A stretch of 64,000 nucleotides of DNA, from IMG/VR virus record IMGVR_UViG_3300008448_000001, positions 140,795 through 204,794 of that record; one strand, given 5' to 3'. Position 1 is the stretch's first letter. Each line of letters starts with the position of its first letter. The notes below the pieces were generated by a model that worked only from the letters and a program-made list of their open reading frames with translations, did not search any database and was not told where the DNA came from. The position numbers and the translations under genes were made by a program. Shown piece by piece: positions 9,736-21,088 of this stretch.

Positions 9736-10328
9736 TGACTGCCAAGTTTTGTACGGGCGTGGCTGGACGAGTTCGAGCTTACAAGGTTGAAGATTTAACG
9801 CTGCCTCCGTTTAAGTGGGCTCCGACAACGGACTTTAAGCCTAACTTGATTCTTTACCAGTGGGCAACTATCGCAGCAAAGCTGTTGACGAGCGGAGATA
9901 GCCGGTACCGGATTAGCGGCATGTACTTGGAGTTTGAAAACACGGACAATCCTGGCGACCCGGTAAGTCCGCCTACCTTCGATCGCACGCGAGATGTCAG
10001 CTACTACAACGGTCTCTCGCTTAGCTCGAACCGCGACTATCTGCGTATTCCGGTCATCTCGGCGGAGCTCAGCTCGGACGGCGAAGGTCTTACGGATAAC
10101 CGGATGTCCTATTTCGCAAGAAGCAGCGGCTCGGTCGGCGTGCACGGGAAACCTTTTTCTGCCGCAGCGAACTCGGTCGTGTTCGGTGGTAGCCTTGTGG
10201 CACTTGTTGACGCCACGGATTTTACGCAAGACTTGCTTTATAGCAGCTGGTATTACACCACGGCGGATCAGCAACAAAAATTGCCTTCCAGCCAGATCGG
10301 AATTGAATGGCAAACCACTTTGAGCTAG
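9735..10328 (+). CDS. tail fibre base / tail-collar-like structural protein
   Basis: KPNLILYQW, ISGMYLEF, ends QKLPSSQIGIEWQTTLS like tail-fibre base domains. Confidence 0.5.
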   Translation: MTAKFCTGVAGRVRAYKVEDLTLPPFKWAPTTDFKPNLILYQWATIAAKLLTSGDSRYRISGMYLEFENTDNPGDPVSPPTFDRTRDVSYYNGLSLSSNRDYLRIPVISAELSSDGEGLTDNRMSYFARSSGSVGVHGKPFSAAANSVVFGGSLVALVDATDFTQDLLYSSWYYTTADQQQKLPSSQIGIEWQTTLS

Positions 10329-10338
10329 GGAGCAGCAA

Positions 10339-12156
10339 ATGGGATTAAATCGTTTCATTCAGTACATAAAAGAGAACGAGCCCGTCGCACCGGGAACTGC
10401 CAACCGGCCCATGAGCCAGCTGGACCAAAATCTCAAGTACATGATAGGCCTGCTCGAGGCCGCCAACATCGGATCAACCGTTTACGCTAGATCGCAAACC
10501 GTTGTTTCCACGATCCAAGTCGGACAGCCTGTGTTCTTTAACCCTGCAACGTCAAGGTTCGAGCCCGCTTTCGCTACAAGCGAGTCCGATTCCGCCACAG
10601 GGTACCTTGTCGTACCGAACCAATCCCAAGTGTGGGGCGTGGTCGCAGAGAAGCTTAACTCGACGCTGGCCGACATCTTGCTTTTCGGCTACGCGAAAAT
10701 CGACATAACGGCTGCGGTCGGAACTGACTTGGACAACGACGGGAATGTCCCGCCTGGATTATGGTATCTTTCTGGCGTTAGCGCCGGGAAGCTAACCCGG
10801 CAGTCGCCGCCTTTGTCGATACCGGTCTGCAAGACAGATAACGCCGGTAACGTGTACGTTAATCCTTCTTTCGTCGATTTTCTGGAAAACCACAGGCATT
10901 ACGTCTTCGACTTGACCGCGATGCCTGCCGGGCAGGTTACGCCTCCCGACGCTGGCGATCCGCACGTGATCACTTCTGCAGACGCGGACTTGCCCGGGTG
11001 GTTACCGGCTGACGATGTCGTGTTTGAAGGGAAAGCACCGACCGGAGCCAAGTTCGGCTATAACTTGGCCGCCGATGCGTCGCTGCAGAGCGTGTTCCCG
11101 CCTGTTCCCCTGCAGTCTGCTTCGGTAATCATGCAGCGACCCAGCATCTACGACACGCTTGCGGAGCGTAAGTGGTACGGGCAGCAGCTGCTCTCAGATC
11201 TTGTTGTCGTTAACCGCGACGGTATCTGGTGGATGAGCGATTGTTATGACGAAGTTCCATGGGCAACGGATCTCGACACTACTGTCTCGATGAGCAGTGT
11301 TTACACCGAGTGCGACCCTGCCTCCAAGCCTATAAGCATCAAACTTTATTTTACTCGAGTAGGCTTTGCCACTGACAACAGCTCGGTAACAAGTCTGCGA
11401 TCGCTGGATCCTAGGCTGAAAGTTCTTTGCGCAGGCAAAACAGACGTTGCTTTCTCCGGCGATCTCGACATCGACTTGGACTTGTCGCTGATGAACGGCC
11501 CTGCGAACGTGGCCGGTTACTCGGTATTGAAAACGTTTGACCCTGTCACCAACGAGTTCAGCAGCGGAAAAGTTGTTGAAGGCGTGTATGCCACGTCTGC
11601 GAACGTCTTGCTCAGTGGCGACACTAGCTTTATCGCTGGCGGCAACACGTATTACCAGGGGAAGATTGGGGTTGGGGTGCTCAGCCAGCCTTCTCGCGAG
11701 TTGTCGAGTCAGCTGGTTCGGTTGGAGGGCGTTACGGAAGAAAGTTATCCGGTTTTGTATCTCGGGATGCCGAACGATACGGCGACAAGCTACGTCGTCA
11801 AGTTCGAGGTACCCGGAGACGCACCGGCTAACTCTCAGTTCCGTTTTCGGCCTCGGATACTGGGCAAGGCAGCGGGCACACTGCCGCAGCTTGCGGTCAG
11901 CTACTTTAAGACAGGCAGACCCGTGGACGGCTTAAACATACCGATCACGGTGAGCCAATCTTATGTCGCGCTAACCATTGTTACCGTGGCCACGGTAACG
12001 GCAAACCAAGCCGTTGAAGCACTAAGCAGCGCCGTCGAGGTGGATCCGGGAGACATCGTGTACCTTCGCGTGACACGCAACCCGGGCGACCCGAGCGACA
12101 ACTACACTGGCGAAGTCGGCATCATGCAGCAGATCGGAGTCTTAACGTCTTCCTAA
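10339..12156 (+). CDS. tail fibre / virion structural protein
   Basis: GTANRPMSQLDQNLKY is the typical tail-fibre attachment motif (NRPL.QL..RT.YL-like); 605 aa, beta-rich. Confidence 0.6.
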   Translation: MGLNRFIQYIKENEPVAPGTANRPMSQLDQNLKYMIGLLEAANIGSTVYARSQTVVSTIQVGQPVFFNPATSRFEPAFATSESDSATGYLVVPNQSQVWGVVAEKLNSTLADILLFGYAKIDITAAVGTDLDNDGNVPPGLWYLSGVSAGKLTRQSPPLSIPVCKTDNAGNVYVNPSFVDFLENHRHYVFDLTAMPAGQVTPPDAGDPHVITSADADLPGWLPADDVVFEGKAPTGAKFGYNLAADASLQSVFPPVPLQSASVIMQRPSIYDTLAERKWYGQQLLSDLVVVNRDGIWWMSDCYDEVPWATDLDTTVSMSSVYTECDPASKPISIKLYFTRVGFATDNSSVTSLRSLDPRLKVLCAGKTDVAFSGDLDIDLDLSLMNGPANVAGYSVLKTFDPVTNEFSSGKVVEGVYATSANVLLSGDTSFIAGGNTYYQGKIGVGVLSQPSRELSSQLVRLEGVTEESYPVLYLGMPNDTATSYVVKFEVPGDAPANSQFRFRPRILGKAAGTLPQLAVSYFKTGRPVDGLNIPITVSQSYVALTIVTVATVTANQAVEALSSAVEVDPGDIVYLRVTRNPGDPSDNYTGEVGIMQQIGVLTSS

Positions 12157-12168
12157 GAGGTTTACAGG

Positions 12169-13125
12169 ATGCCTATAGCCAATTGGAACTTGGAGTTCCT
12201 GAATCACAATTCGCAAAGAAGCTATCCGTTAGTCGCCGAGGCGACTAAGACGGATACTAGCGGTGCGTTTATTCTACCCGACGATTTCTTGGTAGGGCTT
12301 GATCTACCGGTCTCGCCTGCAATGGACATGTCCACCGGGACTTTCTTTATCCGGCAGGTAGGTTTGTTTGCATCCGGAGTTCAACTCATTCTTGCGTACG
12401 ATTCTGGCGTCGGCATAGTCGACGTGGCTTCGACGCTGATCCCGGCTTATCAGTTCACTCGGAACAAGGTTTTCACGCTCGGTGGAATTGATCCGTTCGA
12501 CGACGTGACGGGCAAGGTCGTGATCGGAAAGCTGGAATCCATTCAACTACAACCCACAGGTCTTTTCAATTTCGAGCTGGCAGCCACAAGGATAGAGCCA
12601 CAAGCAATCCGGCCCATGATACGCGGCATATCGGCGATCCGCGTCGCCAGCTCCAACGGTGTACTAGGCGATCGGTTGTACGGGGATATCGAGCTTGTCG
12701 CAGGTCGAAACATACAGTTGACAACTGTCAACACGCTCACTGACACCAAAGTCGTTATCAGTGCAATTAGCGGTGAAGGAACCATCTCGGATTGTACGTG
12801 CACGGGAGAAGCGTCCAGTGCCCCTTGTATCAAGACAATCAACGGAATAGCTCCTACGCCCGATGGCAATTTCAACCTGATCGGTGACGACTGTCTGACT
12901 TTTGAAGAAATCGCCAGCGGATTAAAACTTACGGACTCCTGCTGTGCACCGTGCTGCGGATGCGCGGAGCTTGAGTCGATAACACAGAACTTGGAGTTGT
13001 TCAACGCACAACGCGCCGCATTGGATCAATTCGTAAACAGGCTCGCTGCAGAAAACGCGGCCTTCTCGGCTACCGTGTTGGGTGCCCGGCTGGGCGACAA
13101 ACGTTGCATCAATTGCGAGGAATAG
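12169..13125 (+). CDS. Cys-rich tail structural protein (paralog family 1/5)
   Basis: N-terminal NSQRSYPL; IKTINGIAPTPDGNF; CCAPCCGC then coiled coil. Confidence 0.65.
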   Translation: MPIANWNLEFLNHNSQRSYPLVAEATKTDTSGAFILPDDFLVGLDLPVSPAMDMSTGTFFIRQVGLFASGVQLILAYDSGVGIVDVASTLIPAYQFTRNKVFTLGGIDPFDDVTGKVVIGKLESIQLQPTGLFNFELAATRIEPQAIRPMIRGISAIRVASSNGVLGDRLYGDIELVAGRNIQLTTVNTLTDTKVVISAISGEGTISDCTCTGEASSAPCIKTINGIAPTPDGNFNLIGDDCLTFEEIASGLKLTDSCCAPCCGCAELESITQNLELFNAQRAALDQFVNRLAAENAAFSATVLGARLGDKRCINCEE

Positions 13126-13126
13126 C

Positions 13127-14773
13127 ATGACTCACCCACGCGGCAGGCAGGCCATAGGCTTAAATCAGCCGCCAAACAGCGGTAACCTATATCCTTTCGT
13201 TAATCCTTCGTCGGACATACAGCAGCTTTTTTCCGACTTCTTTGTGTCTTTCGAAAACAGCTCGGGATCTGTCAAGTACCCGCTCAAGGTAGCCTGGCTT
13301 TACGGCTTCGGTTCCAACAGTGTTTCGCCTTTCCCTGGAAGACCTACGCCGTCGCACGCTTACGACCTGATCGTGGAAGATGCGAACGGGGAGATTGTCT
13401 TTGACTCGACCGAGGCTTCCGTTTACAAAGTAGTCGACTGGGATTCTCGTCTGCGGGTCATCGAGTGGGAAAGCAACATGGCTGTTTGTCGTTGCGTGAT
13501 TCACACGCAGTGGACGCAGGAAGATGTCACAGACGGCTTAGCAATCACGTACGACGACAACATAGAACCGGAAAACGGGGAGCTTTACGCCGAGTGTGGC
13601 TATGAATTGCCGCGTCGCGTGAAATCCATCCAAATCGGAAACGAGATAGTCACAGCAAAAGCCTTGACCCTGCAAAGCGGCTACAACTTCGCCATGGAAA
13701 CCGTCTTGCCGATTGAAGTCGAGTCACCGGCTATCGATCTTTTCGGAGAGGTCGGACTTATTGAAGGGAGTCGCAGGGCTACAAAGATCCAGCTCAGCGC
13801 GGAGCCGGGATCGGGGCTTGGAGTTTTCCCTGGCTGCGTGGACACTGCGACTGTCCTGCGTACCTTGAACAAAGTAAGGTCGGACAGCCACAACAACTTT
13901 ACGTTGGACAGCGAAGGTTGCATTCGGCAGCATCGACCATTGTCCCTATCGTCTACAACCCCTAGGGTTTTCAGCTACTCGGCAAGTGCGATGTCGACCT
14001 CGCAGGCTGCGGCCACTATAAAGCTCAGCAACGACTGTCGCAACTGCTGCGACTGCGAGTACTACGCAAGAACCTACCAAGGTTTGAAGCGGCAATGGTC
14101 GCTGTACAAAGACATAGCGCACACCGCCGAAGAGGCAAGAGATTTTTACCGCGACAACAAAGACCGGTGGCTTGTCGAAAAAGCTATGCGGGAAAAGGAC
14201 TTCATTCGCGTCAGCGTGGCAACCGATGCGGATTGCAAGGTGCGGTGGGGCGTGGCGGTATGTAATCCGACAAACTGCTGTCTGATCAATTTGAAAATAC
14301 AAGTATTTTTTCTGCCTTACGTCTTTGGCGGCTTGTCTTATGGCGTCAACGCTTTTCACTGCCCTGACACCTACCTGGAAGGCTCTTCGACGTGCCAAGT
14401 GCCTGTGGCAGTGTCGCCAGAGATATTGGACTCCGAGAATCACGTGCACTTGTACACTGTAGATTACGCCGACCCTCAGTCCATGACGCTTCTCTATGGA
14501 AAACAATGCTTACCGAGCTGTTACGACGAACCGGGAAACACCAGTGTGGCAATAGCCGTGGTAGCTTACTGGGAAAACCAAGCGCCGGTCGGCAGCCAAT
14601 GCAAACCGGTGACTAATATTGCAACGGACCTCGTGGGTGATATAGTTTCATTCTGCGGTCTTGCTTCAATTCCGGTTCCCACGGAAGTTTACGGGCAGGC
14701 TTTGTCGCAGAAGCGAGAAATGCTCGGAAGCACCAGTAGCTGCTTGTCCTGTAACTGTCAGCCAGAGATATAG
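13127..14773 (+). CDS. Cys-rich tail structural protein (paralog family 2/5)
   Basis: NSGNLYPF; LRTLNKVRSDSHNNF; CRNCCDC; start moved to ATG 13127. Confidence 0.65.
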   Translation: MTHPRGRQAIGLNQPPNSGNLYPFVNPSSDIQQLFSDFFVSFENSSGSVKYPLKVAWLYGFGSNSVSPFPGRPTPSHAYDLIVEDANGEIVFDSTEASVYKVVDWDSRLRVIEWESNMAVCRCVIHTQWTQEDVTDGLAITYDDNIEPENGELYAECGYELPRRVKSIQIGNEIVTAKALTLQSGYNFAMETVLPIEVESPAIDLFGEVGLIEGSRRATKIQLSAEPGSGLGVFPGCVDTATVLRTLNKVRSDSHNNFTLDSEGCIRQHRPLSLSSTTPRVFSYSASAMSTSQAAATIKLSNDCRNCCDCEYYARTYQGLKRQWSLYKDIAHTAEEARDFYRDNKDRWLVEKAMREKDFIRVSVATDADCKVRWGVAVCNPTNCCLINLKIQVFFLPYVFGGLSYGVNAFHCPDTYLEGSSTCQVPVAVSPEILDSENHVHLYTVDYADPQSMTLLYGKQCLPSCYDEPGNTSVAIAVVAYWENQAPVGSQCKPVTNIATDLVGDIVSFCGLASIPVPTEVYGQALSQKREMLGSTSSCLSCNCQPEI

Positions 14774-14775
14774 GC

Positions 14776-16464
14776 GTGATACGAAACAACCATTGGTACA
14801 ACCTCAACGAGCAAAACGCCTACCCTGTCGACGACACGGCTTCGTGCCTGTCGAACGCCGGTTTAAGACTGCCCTCGGCTATCGTTGCAGACTTGCAGCT
14901 ACGTTGGCCACGTGAGCTCGGTAAATACGCTTTTATAAGTGCTGTCACGTGCGGCGAAGAGATAGTCACGCTGCTGATTGAAACCGCGGAGCAGCTTGAC
15001 AACTCCGGCGGGCAAAGCAGGTTAATTGCCGGGATATCGCTTGGACGATCCGAGCTCACGGCTTACCGCACCTACAAACTGGATGCATTCGAGAAAGGTG
15101 TTGCAGGTTTTATTGCTTTCGGTGCTGGCACTTCGGAGCTTTTCCGTGGCGTCTTCAGCTCTCCGTTGCAGTCCCTGCTGACCGCAAGAGCCGCTCGTCC
15201 GATCCGCAAGCCACCTGTCGAAACGCTTGGAATAGCAAACGTTGAAAGCGTTTTGGCCGGTGTTGTCCGTCTGGCCACCGAGCAGCCGCTGGAAATCGTA
15301 CGCGAACCTCGAATAATCAACGGCGTTGCATACGATAACGTTATTGTTTTTCGGCTGCGAGAACCTCCGTCCGACACAACCGTCCAAAACGTACAGTCTG
15401 TTTTTTCGCAGTTCGCCGGACCTTGTGGACGCCGTGTCGGCTCAAGGTCTTGCGTCGACCCGCAACCTATCGAAACGATAAATGGGCTTGCTCCGGATTG
15501 CGATGGAATTTTCACCTTGGATTTCCAAGGATGTGCCGTCGTGGGTAAGAACACTGCGGACTGCGGCGTAGTCGTAGATTGTCAACGCGGTTTGTCCGAT
15601 ACGTGTGCGCCTCCATTTTTGCCTGACCTGGCAACAGGTAAGCTGCCGTCTGAAGTGCCACCGGTTATTATTCCTCCACCGCAGCCTCCCGAGCCGCCGG
15701 TACCTCCGGATACTAGCATTAGCGACTCCATGAGCACCTTGCTGTCGCTGCCTTACTGCGATACGTTTGATGACGGTTTCGCTTACAGCTTCTCGCCTAT
15801 GGATTCGTCCACTTGGGGCATGAGCAACGATGACAGCCCGGGCGAGGCCTACTGCTGCGTTGGACCGCCGCCCAACTTCACCGCTTACGGCTGCGACTCG
15901 TCGTTAAGCGCGAGTCAGTCTTTCTCGGTCGGCCTTTCGTCTTACAGCTACGGCACAGCCAATCTTCCAAGCCTGTCGAAAACGAATCTGTCGCTTTTCA
16001 CGTTAGACGTGCAGTCGCTGTATCGGCGTTACACGACGGACTTCAAAGTGATTGCTTTGAACCCGACAGGTCAGCTCAATGCAGGTATTGTCGTCAATTA
16101 CAGGATAAACAGCGCGGACTTGCACACATACGTCTTCGCAGCCTTGGACGTGACTAACAAAACGTTCGGAGTGTACTTCTTCAACGGAATCAACGCCGTT
16201 CCGCTGTCGACCGTTGCCGTTCCTTTGGCTTCCGTCGACGAATGGTACCGCTTGGAATTTACAGTCGTCCCGAATGAATTAACGCGTACGAGCGTCAACC
16301 TGCAAGCCGTACTCAAAGGGGTTGTAAACCCGGCAATTGACGTTGCTATTGCTACCAGTTTGTCCGGTACGCTCTGGGAACAAGACGCCGGAAATGCAGG
16401 GTTTTACACGCGACGTTCCGCAAGCTATTTCTCCTACTGGCGAGTTGACGAGGCTATTCCGTGA
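14776..16464 (+). CDS. tail structural protein with Pro-rich linker and C-terminal beta-sandwich (paralog 3/5)
   Basis: NEQNAYPV; IETINGLAPDCDGIF; PPPQPPEPPVPP linker; ConA/LamG-like tail. Confidence 0.65.
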   Translation: MIRNNHWYNLNEQNAYPVDDTASCLSNAGLRLPSAIVADLQLRWPRELGKYAFISAVTCGEEIVTLLIETAEQLDNSGGQSRLIAGISLGRSELTAYRTYKLDAFEKGVAGFIAFGAGTSELFRGVFSSPLQSLLTARAARPIRKPPVETLGIANVESVLAGVVRLATEQPLEIVREPRIINGVAYDNVIVFRLREPPSDTTVQNVQSVFSQFAGPCGRRVGSRSCVDPQPIETINGLAPDCDGIFTLDFQGCAVVGKNTADCGVVVDCQRGLSDTCAPPFLPDLATGKLPSEVPPVIIPPPQPPEPPVPPDTSISDSMSTLLSLPYCDTFDDGFAYSFSPMDSSTWGMSNDDSPGEAYCCVGPPPNFTAYGCDSSLSASQSFSVGLSSYSYGTANLPSLSKTNLSLFTLDVQSLYRRYTTDFKVIALNPTGQLNAGIVVNYRINSADLHTYVFAALDVTNKTFGVYFFNGINAVPLSTVAVPLASVDEWYRLEFTVVPNELTRTSVNLQAVLKGVVNPAIDVAIATSLSGTLWEQDAGNAGFYTRRSASYFSYWRVDEAIP

Positions 16465-17264
16465 CAGACATTCGGCACGCAGAACTAATTCGTTCGCTGA
16501 GAGAAACCAAGTACCCGTTTGTACCGACCGCGAGTTTGAGCAACGGGAGTGTGTTTTTCGTCGAAGATACCTTCTTGGACGCCCACATTTACGCCGTCGA
16601 GGGGTCGGGGCGTTATTACGTTTCGCAAGTTATCGTGCAGTCGGATAAGTTCGTGCTGTACGTTGGCGACACAGCTTTTCCGTTGCGTTTGAAGGGTGAG
16701 GTTAATCTCCCCATTTCAACGGGTTCTATCCGCCTCACGGACGAGCACGGGAGACCGGCGGGTTTGCTAGTCTCAACTCCCGACAGACTGGCTTTGATCT
16801 CCGCCTGGGGGATTCGAACGCACGTCTTTGAGCAGGGTCAAACGGAGTTTTGTGTTACGTGTCAGGTTCCAGCGGCTTACCCGGGCGTCACGGGCATGCA
16901 AACGCCTGACGGGCAGCTTTCAACGGGCAAAGTTTGGCTTGTGGGTGAAGACGGTGTGGTTCTCCGCACGGATAGCTACATCAACAAACAAGGTGAAGAC
17001 GTTCCGGTGGTTCGCGTCGACGTCGTAGGTGATCCTTTGAACTTGCAGAGGTTGTGCAACCCGGCAGACTTGTTCGTTCCAGTTAACCCGATACGTGTCA
17101 TACGTGTCGTTAACGGCGATTACACCTACGATTGCTACCCGGACGAACAAGGCAACTTCAACATTCAGATGAACGATGATTTGGCCCCGGATCCTGCGTT
17201 AAGAATCCGCACTACTGCCGCAGGCATAGTCTTTTCCGTAGAAGGCTCGGTGATCAACAAATAA
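16461..17264 (+). CDS. tail structural protein (paralog 4/5)
   Basis: LRETKYPF; YPDEQGNFNI. Confidence 0.65.
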   Translation: MTDIRHAELIRSLRETKYPFVPTASLSNGSVFFVEDTFLDAHIYAVEGSGRYYVSQVIVQSDKFVLYVGDTAFPLRLKGEVNLPISTGSIRLTDEHGRPAGLLVSTPDRLALISAWGIRTHVFEQGQTEFCVTCQVPAAYPGVTGMQTPDGQLSTGKVWLVGEDGVVLRTDSYINKQGEDVPVVRVDVVGDPLNLQRLCNPADLFVPVNPIRVIRVVNGDYTYDCYPDEQGNFNIQMNDDLAPDPALRIRTTAAGIVFSVEGSVINK

Positions 17265-17265
17265 A

Positions 17266-18300
17266 ATGCCACGTCCTAACTTTTTCAACGACAACCTGAA
17301 CCGCGTCTATCCTTTCAAAGAAGGAAGCTCGGGCGTTAATACGCCTGACTCCGGGCTTTTCGATTTTTACGCTTTGCCGGACAACGTGATAGTTGATTTT
17401 GGCGTTATCATGGGCCCCGAGTCCGGCTTTGACGCCGAGATCGACGAAGTCTTCTTGTATCGCATCACGCGAGTAAACGCATCGGTATTCGAGTTTGAAT
17501 TCCGCTGCACTGCTAGCAATTTGATGCATGCACCACTTATCTTTACCCGTTCGACCACCGCGGAACTATTCGAGACGGAGTTTGTCGAAAGCTTCACGCT
17601 TGACGAGGCGGCAATAAGCCTTTCAATGTCCGGCCAATTACCTGTGTCGACTTCCGACTCCGGTGTCGCGGAAGAATGCGGAGAGCCCCTTTGGTCCGGA
17701 TTCATGGTCTCGGGCGACATGCAAAGCCTAGCTGCCCGAATACCAGCAGGCACAAGCCTTACCCGCGAAGACGTCTACTCGGCAATCATTGAACCGTGCC
17801 TGATACAGAACTTGTACCTAAACCAAGTCGTGTCCGTTAACATCGCGAATTCAGACAGGACGCGAGCTCTTCGCCCGGAGACTTGCCCGCAGAACCAGTG
17901 GGACTTTGACGTCGGTCAGACTTACGTGTACGAAACGTGCTTGACCGGCAATATCAAGTTTAAAGCCGGTTTCAACATGTCTATAAGCCAAGACGTTGCC
18001 AGCTCTACACTGGTTTTTGCGCCTACGCTCGGTGCGGGAGACGGTCAGCCTTGCGAGGAGATCGCAATCTTCCCTGGAGAAACTCCACCCGTTGGGTCCG
18101 ATAACGGCTTGCTTGCAGGTGACTTTTATTGCAATGAAGCCTTGCGTTCGATTAACGGTTTGCAGGGACCGACTTTGACGTTCTTCGGGGAGTCGGGTGT
18201 TTCTATAATAACGGACGTTGTAAACAAAAAATTAGTCATAGACATCAACTTAGCGGATTTGGCTGTCTGCGATTTTTCATTCAACTCCGTATCACTATAA
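17266..18300 (+). CDS. tail structural protein (paralog 5/5)
   Basis: NLNRVYPF; LRSINGLQG. Confidence 0.65.
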   Translation: MPRPNFFNDNLNRVYPFKEGSSGVNTPDSGLFDFYALPDNVIVDFGVIMGPESGFDAEIDEVFLYRITRVNASVFEFEFRCTASNLMHAPLIFTRSTTAELFETEFVESFTLDEAAISLSMSGQLPVSTSDSGVAEECGEPLWSGFMVSGDMQSLAARIPAGTSLTREDVYSAIIEPCLIQNLYLNQVVSVNIANSDRTRALRPETCPQNQWDFDVGQTYVYETCLTGNIKFKAGFNMSISQDVASSTLVFAPTLGAGDGQPCEEIAIFPGETPPVGSDNGLLAGDFYCNEALRSINGLQGPTLTFFGESGVSIITDVVNKKLVIDINLADLAVCDFSFNSVSL

Positions 18301-18310
18301 GGCATAGGAC

Positions 18311-21088
18311 ATGGCGCCTACGACGCAGTGCCCACAGGGACCGCAGTCACCCGTGTTTGACATCGTCAAATGCGACGTGCCTTGCATTTTCCCTATTCCA
18401 GGTGGAAACTGGCTGATAAACCCACAGGTTCCGCAAGCCCCAGCGGATATCTTTGATTGTCCGTCGCTGCCTGTTCCGTTGCTCGACCCGGATCCAATTT
18501 GCCCAATTCTTTCCGCCCAAGACGACATCACCACCAACGTGGTACCGATCGGAAGCGAAAGAGTTATTTTTACAGTGACAAAGGGTCAATGCTGCGATTA
18601 CGTGTTGAACTTGCAGGTAGACTTTCCCTGTCCGGAAATAACGGGAGAGGCGAACGTCACTACCGTAGGACCTGGCGGAGCACCCTTTGCCAATTTAAAC
18701 GTCAACAAGTCTGGCGATTGCTCCTTTGACATTCAGCTGAACATCGGCTTGCCCAGCCCGCAGCTTGGACCGCAAGGACCGCAAGGACCGCAAGGCCCAC
18801 AGGGTGCAGAAGGCCCACAAGGTGCAGAAGGGCCGCAGGGTGCAGAAGGCCCACAAGGACCGCAGGGGCCGGCTGGCCCACAGGGCCCACAAGGCCCGCA
18901 AGGTTTAATCGGACCACAAGGTTTAATCGGACCACAAGGTTTAATCGGACCGCAAGGAGCGGAGGGACCTCAAGGTACGGCAGGCCCGCAAGGTACACCC
19001 GGCCCTCAAGGCCCAATAGGCCCTGACGGTAATCCCGGGCCCGACGGCAATCCTGGGCCTGACGGTAACCCTGGACCGGACGGCAACCCCGGTCCTGACG
19101 GCAATCCCGGAGACCAAGGACCCCAAGGCGACCGCGGACCCCAAGGTCACCGTGGCCCGCAAGGTTACCCTGGCTACACGGGGGCCACCGGCTATCGTGG
19201 ACCACAAGGGTATCGAGGTCCGCAAGGTTATCGCGGCCCTCAAGGATATCGCGGAGCGCAAGGCTACAGAGGTCCGCAAGGCTACAGAGGTCCGCAAGGT
19301 TACGAGGGTCCGCAAGGGCCACAGGGTCCCCAAGGAAAACGCGGCCCACAAGGCTATCGCGGACCACAGGGCCACCGTGGGCCACAGGGTTACCGTGGTG
19401 CGGAAGGCCCGCAAGGCCCTTGTTGCGAGGGATCGACAGGTACCACTGGGCCAACTGGTCCAACCGGTCCTACAGGTCCAACCGGGCCTACGGGTCCAAC
19501 CGGGCCGACCACGCCTACTTACGAGTTACTCATCAGTTGGGAATTCAACGATCAACTGACGCCCGAGGTTGACCCGCCAGCCCCGTTAAAGTACGCCGGA
19601 GACAGCGAACTTTTCTACGCGGACCCCGACGCGGAATCGGCAAGGCAACAAGCTTTCTCGTTGCACGGTCAGATTTACTTCAACAACGCTTCGCTGGCTG
19701 CGGTCACGCACATCTATGTCGAGAAATCAAACTACAACAGCGTAGACATATCCGCGTTGCTCGCCACAGCTAAACCCACCGACACGTTAAAAACTCGCGT
19801 GATGTCCGACGTCAACAAGTTCGGCATTTATCGAGTCTTGGCCGTCACGGAAGAAACAACGCTTTTCGACTACACAGTTGAAGCGATAACAACTAACGGC
19901 GCTTACACGTTGCTGGATCAGGTCGTTCTCGAAATTCAACCCACAGGTGCCCAGGGTGCAACGGGTGCGACCGGCCCAACGGGTAGCGGTGTGCCGGCGG
20001 GCGGATTGACCGGGCAGGTGCTGGCGAAAAACACTGACACAAATTACGACACGGTTTGGATAGACAACTACGCCAAGGAACTACGCGTCACCGTCAAGAA
20101 CATGTCCGGCGGTGTCATCAACAAAGGCCAAGCCGTTATGGCCACCGGGGCGACAGGGGATACGATCGAAGTTACTCTGGCAAACGCGGACGGTACTGTT
20201 CTTCCACGTTACATGCTCGGCATAGCATCTGAAAACATAGCCAGTGAAGCCTCGGGTTACGTTACCCTGATTGGCGACATGCAACACCTGAATACCCTCA
20301 GCTACACTGTGGGTACGGTGCTGTGGTTGAATCCGAGCACGCCTGGCGGGTTAACGGCGACAGAACCGGCGGCGAGCACTATACGCATGCCGGTGGCCAT
20401 CGTTACGCGGCAGCATGTCGAGAGTGGTCGAATTTATGTCCGCATGTATTTGCAGCAGACGGCTTTGCATGAGCTTTTTGACGTTAAGTTCAGCAGCCTG
20501 CAAAACGGTAATTACCTTCGCTACGATAGCACGCTTTCGGCTTGGAAGAACGATGCAACCAGTCCCACGGGGGCAACCGGAACACAGGGCGCTACAGGGG
20601 CCACGGGCCCAGGCACAACAGTAAATGCGACTGCGACAAACACCGACGCCACGTTCTATCCCGTGTTCGTCGCAGCCGCTGGGAGTAACCAGACACCGAG
20701 TGTCGACACAACGGCACCGTCGCTGAGCTACAACCCGAGCACCGATTTGCTCAACGTTGGCGGTTTGACCGCGAACAAGTACGCAACAGGTACCGGCATA
20801 GTTTCGGTGGTAACGGGTACAACTCGATCGCTGAGCAGTGCGGACAACGGTATTGTCTTAGAGTGCAGCAGCAGTTCGGCAGTGACAGTCACGGTTCCCA
20901 CCGGGCTTCCAGTGGGTTTCACACTTACAATAATTCAAACTGGAACAGGTCAAATATCGTTTAGCGCGTCTGGGACCACGATAAACAACCGTCAAAGCCA
21001 CACCAAGACCGCCGGGCGATGGGCCGTGGTATCGCTGATTCAACGTAGTACTAACAACTTCATTTTGGCTGGGGACACTGCCGCATAA
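18311..21088 (+). CDS. collagen-like tail fibre protein
   Basis: 73 uninterrupted Gly-X-Y triplets plus 9 more; [14 protein letters not shown] and [11 protein letters not shown]...IIQTGTGQI tail-fibre motifs. Confidence 0.85.
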   Translation: MAPTTQCPQGPQSPVFDIVKCDVPCIFPIPGGNWLINPQVPQAPADIFDCPSLPVPLLDPDPICPILSAQDDITTNVVPIGSERVIFTVTKGQCCDYVLNLQVDFPCPEITGEANVTTVGPGGAPFANLNVNKSGDCSFDIQLNIGLPSPQLGPQGPQGPQGPQGAEGPQGAEGPQGAEGPQGPQGPAGPQGPQGPQGLIGPQGLIGPQGLIGPQGAEGPQGTAGPQGTPGPQGPIGPDGNPGPDGNPGPDGNPGPDGNPGPDGNPGDQGPQGDRGPQGHRGPQGYPGYTGATGYRGPQGYRGPQGYRGPQGYRGAQGYRGPQGYRGPQGYEGPQGPQGPQGKRGPQGYRGPQGHRGPQGYRGAEGPQGPCCEGSTGTTGPTGPTGPTGPTGPTGPTGPTTPTYELLISWEFNDQLTPEVDPPAPLKYAGDSELFYADPDAESARQQAFSLHGQIYFNNASLAAVTHIYVEKSNYNSVDISALLATAKPTDTLKTRVMSDVNKFGIYRVLAVTEETTLFDYTVEAITTNGAYTLLDQVVLEIQPTGAQGATGATGPTGSGVPAGGLTGQVLAKNTDTNYDTVWIDNYAKELRVTVKNMSGGVINKGQAVMATGATGDTIEVTLANADGTVLPRYMLGIASENIASEASGYVTLIGDMQHLNTLSYTVGTVLWLNPSTPGGLTATEPAASTIRMPVAIVTRQHVESGRIYVRMYLQQTALHELFDVKFSSLQNGNYLRYDSTLSAWKNDATSPTGATGTQGATGATGPGTTVNATATNTDATFYPVFVAAAGSNQTPSVDTTAPSLSYNPSTDLLNVGGLTANKYATGTGIVSVVTGTTRSLSSADNGIVLECSSSSAVTVTVPTGLPVGFTLTIIQTGTGQISFSASGTTINNRQSHTKTAGRWAVVSLIQRSTNNFILAGDTAA
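18767..19510 (+). repeat. Gly-X-Y collagen coding repeat
   Basis: 9/18-nt periodic blocks [24 protein letters not shown]. Confidence 0.95.

Noticed and set aside
18702-19463. Long antisense and alternate-frame ORFs over the collagen and pentapeptide repeats (also 26970-28035, 56816-57204)
   Set aside because: Shadow ORFs caused by low-complexity periodic sequence
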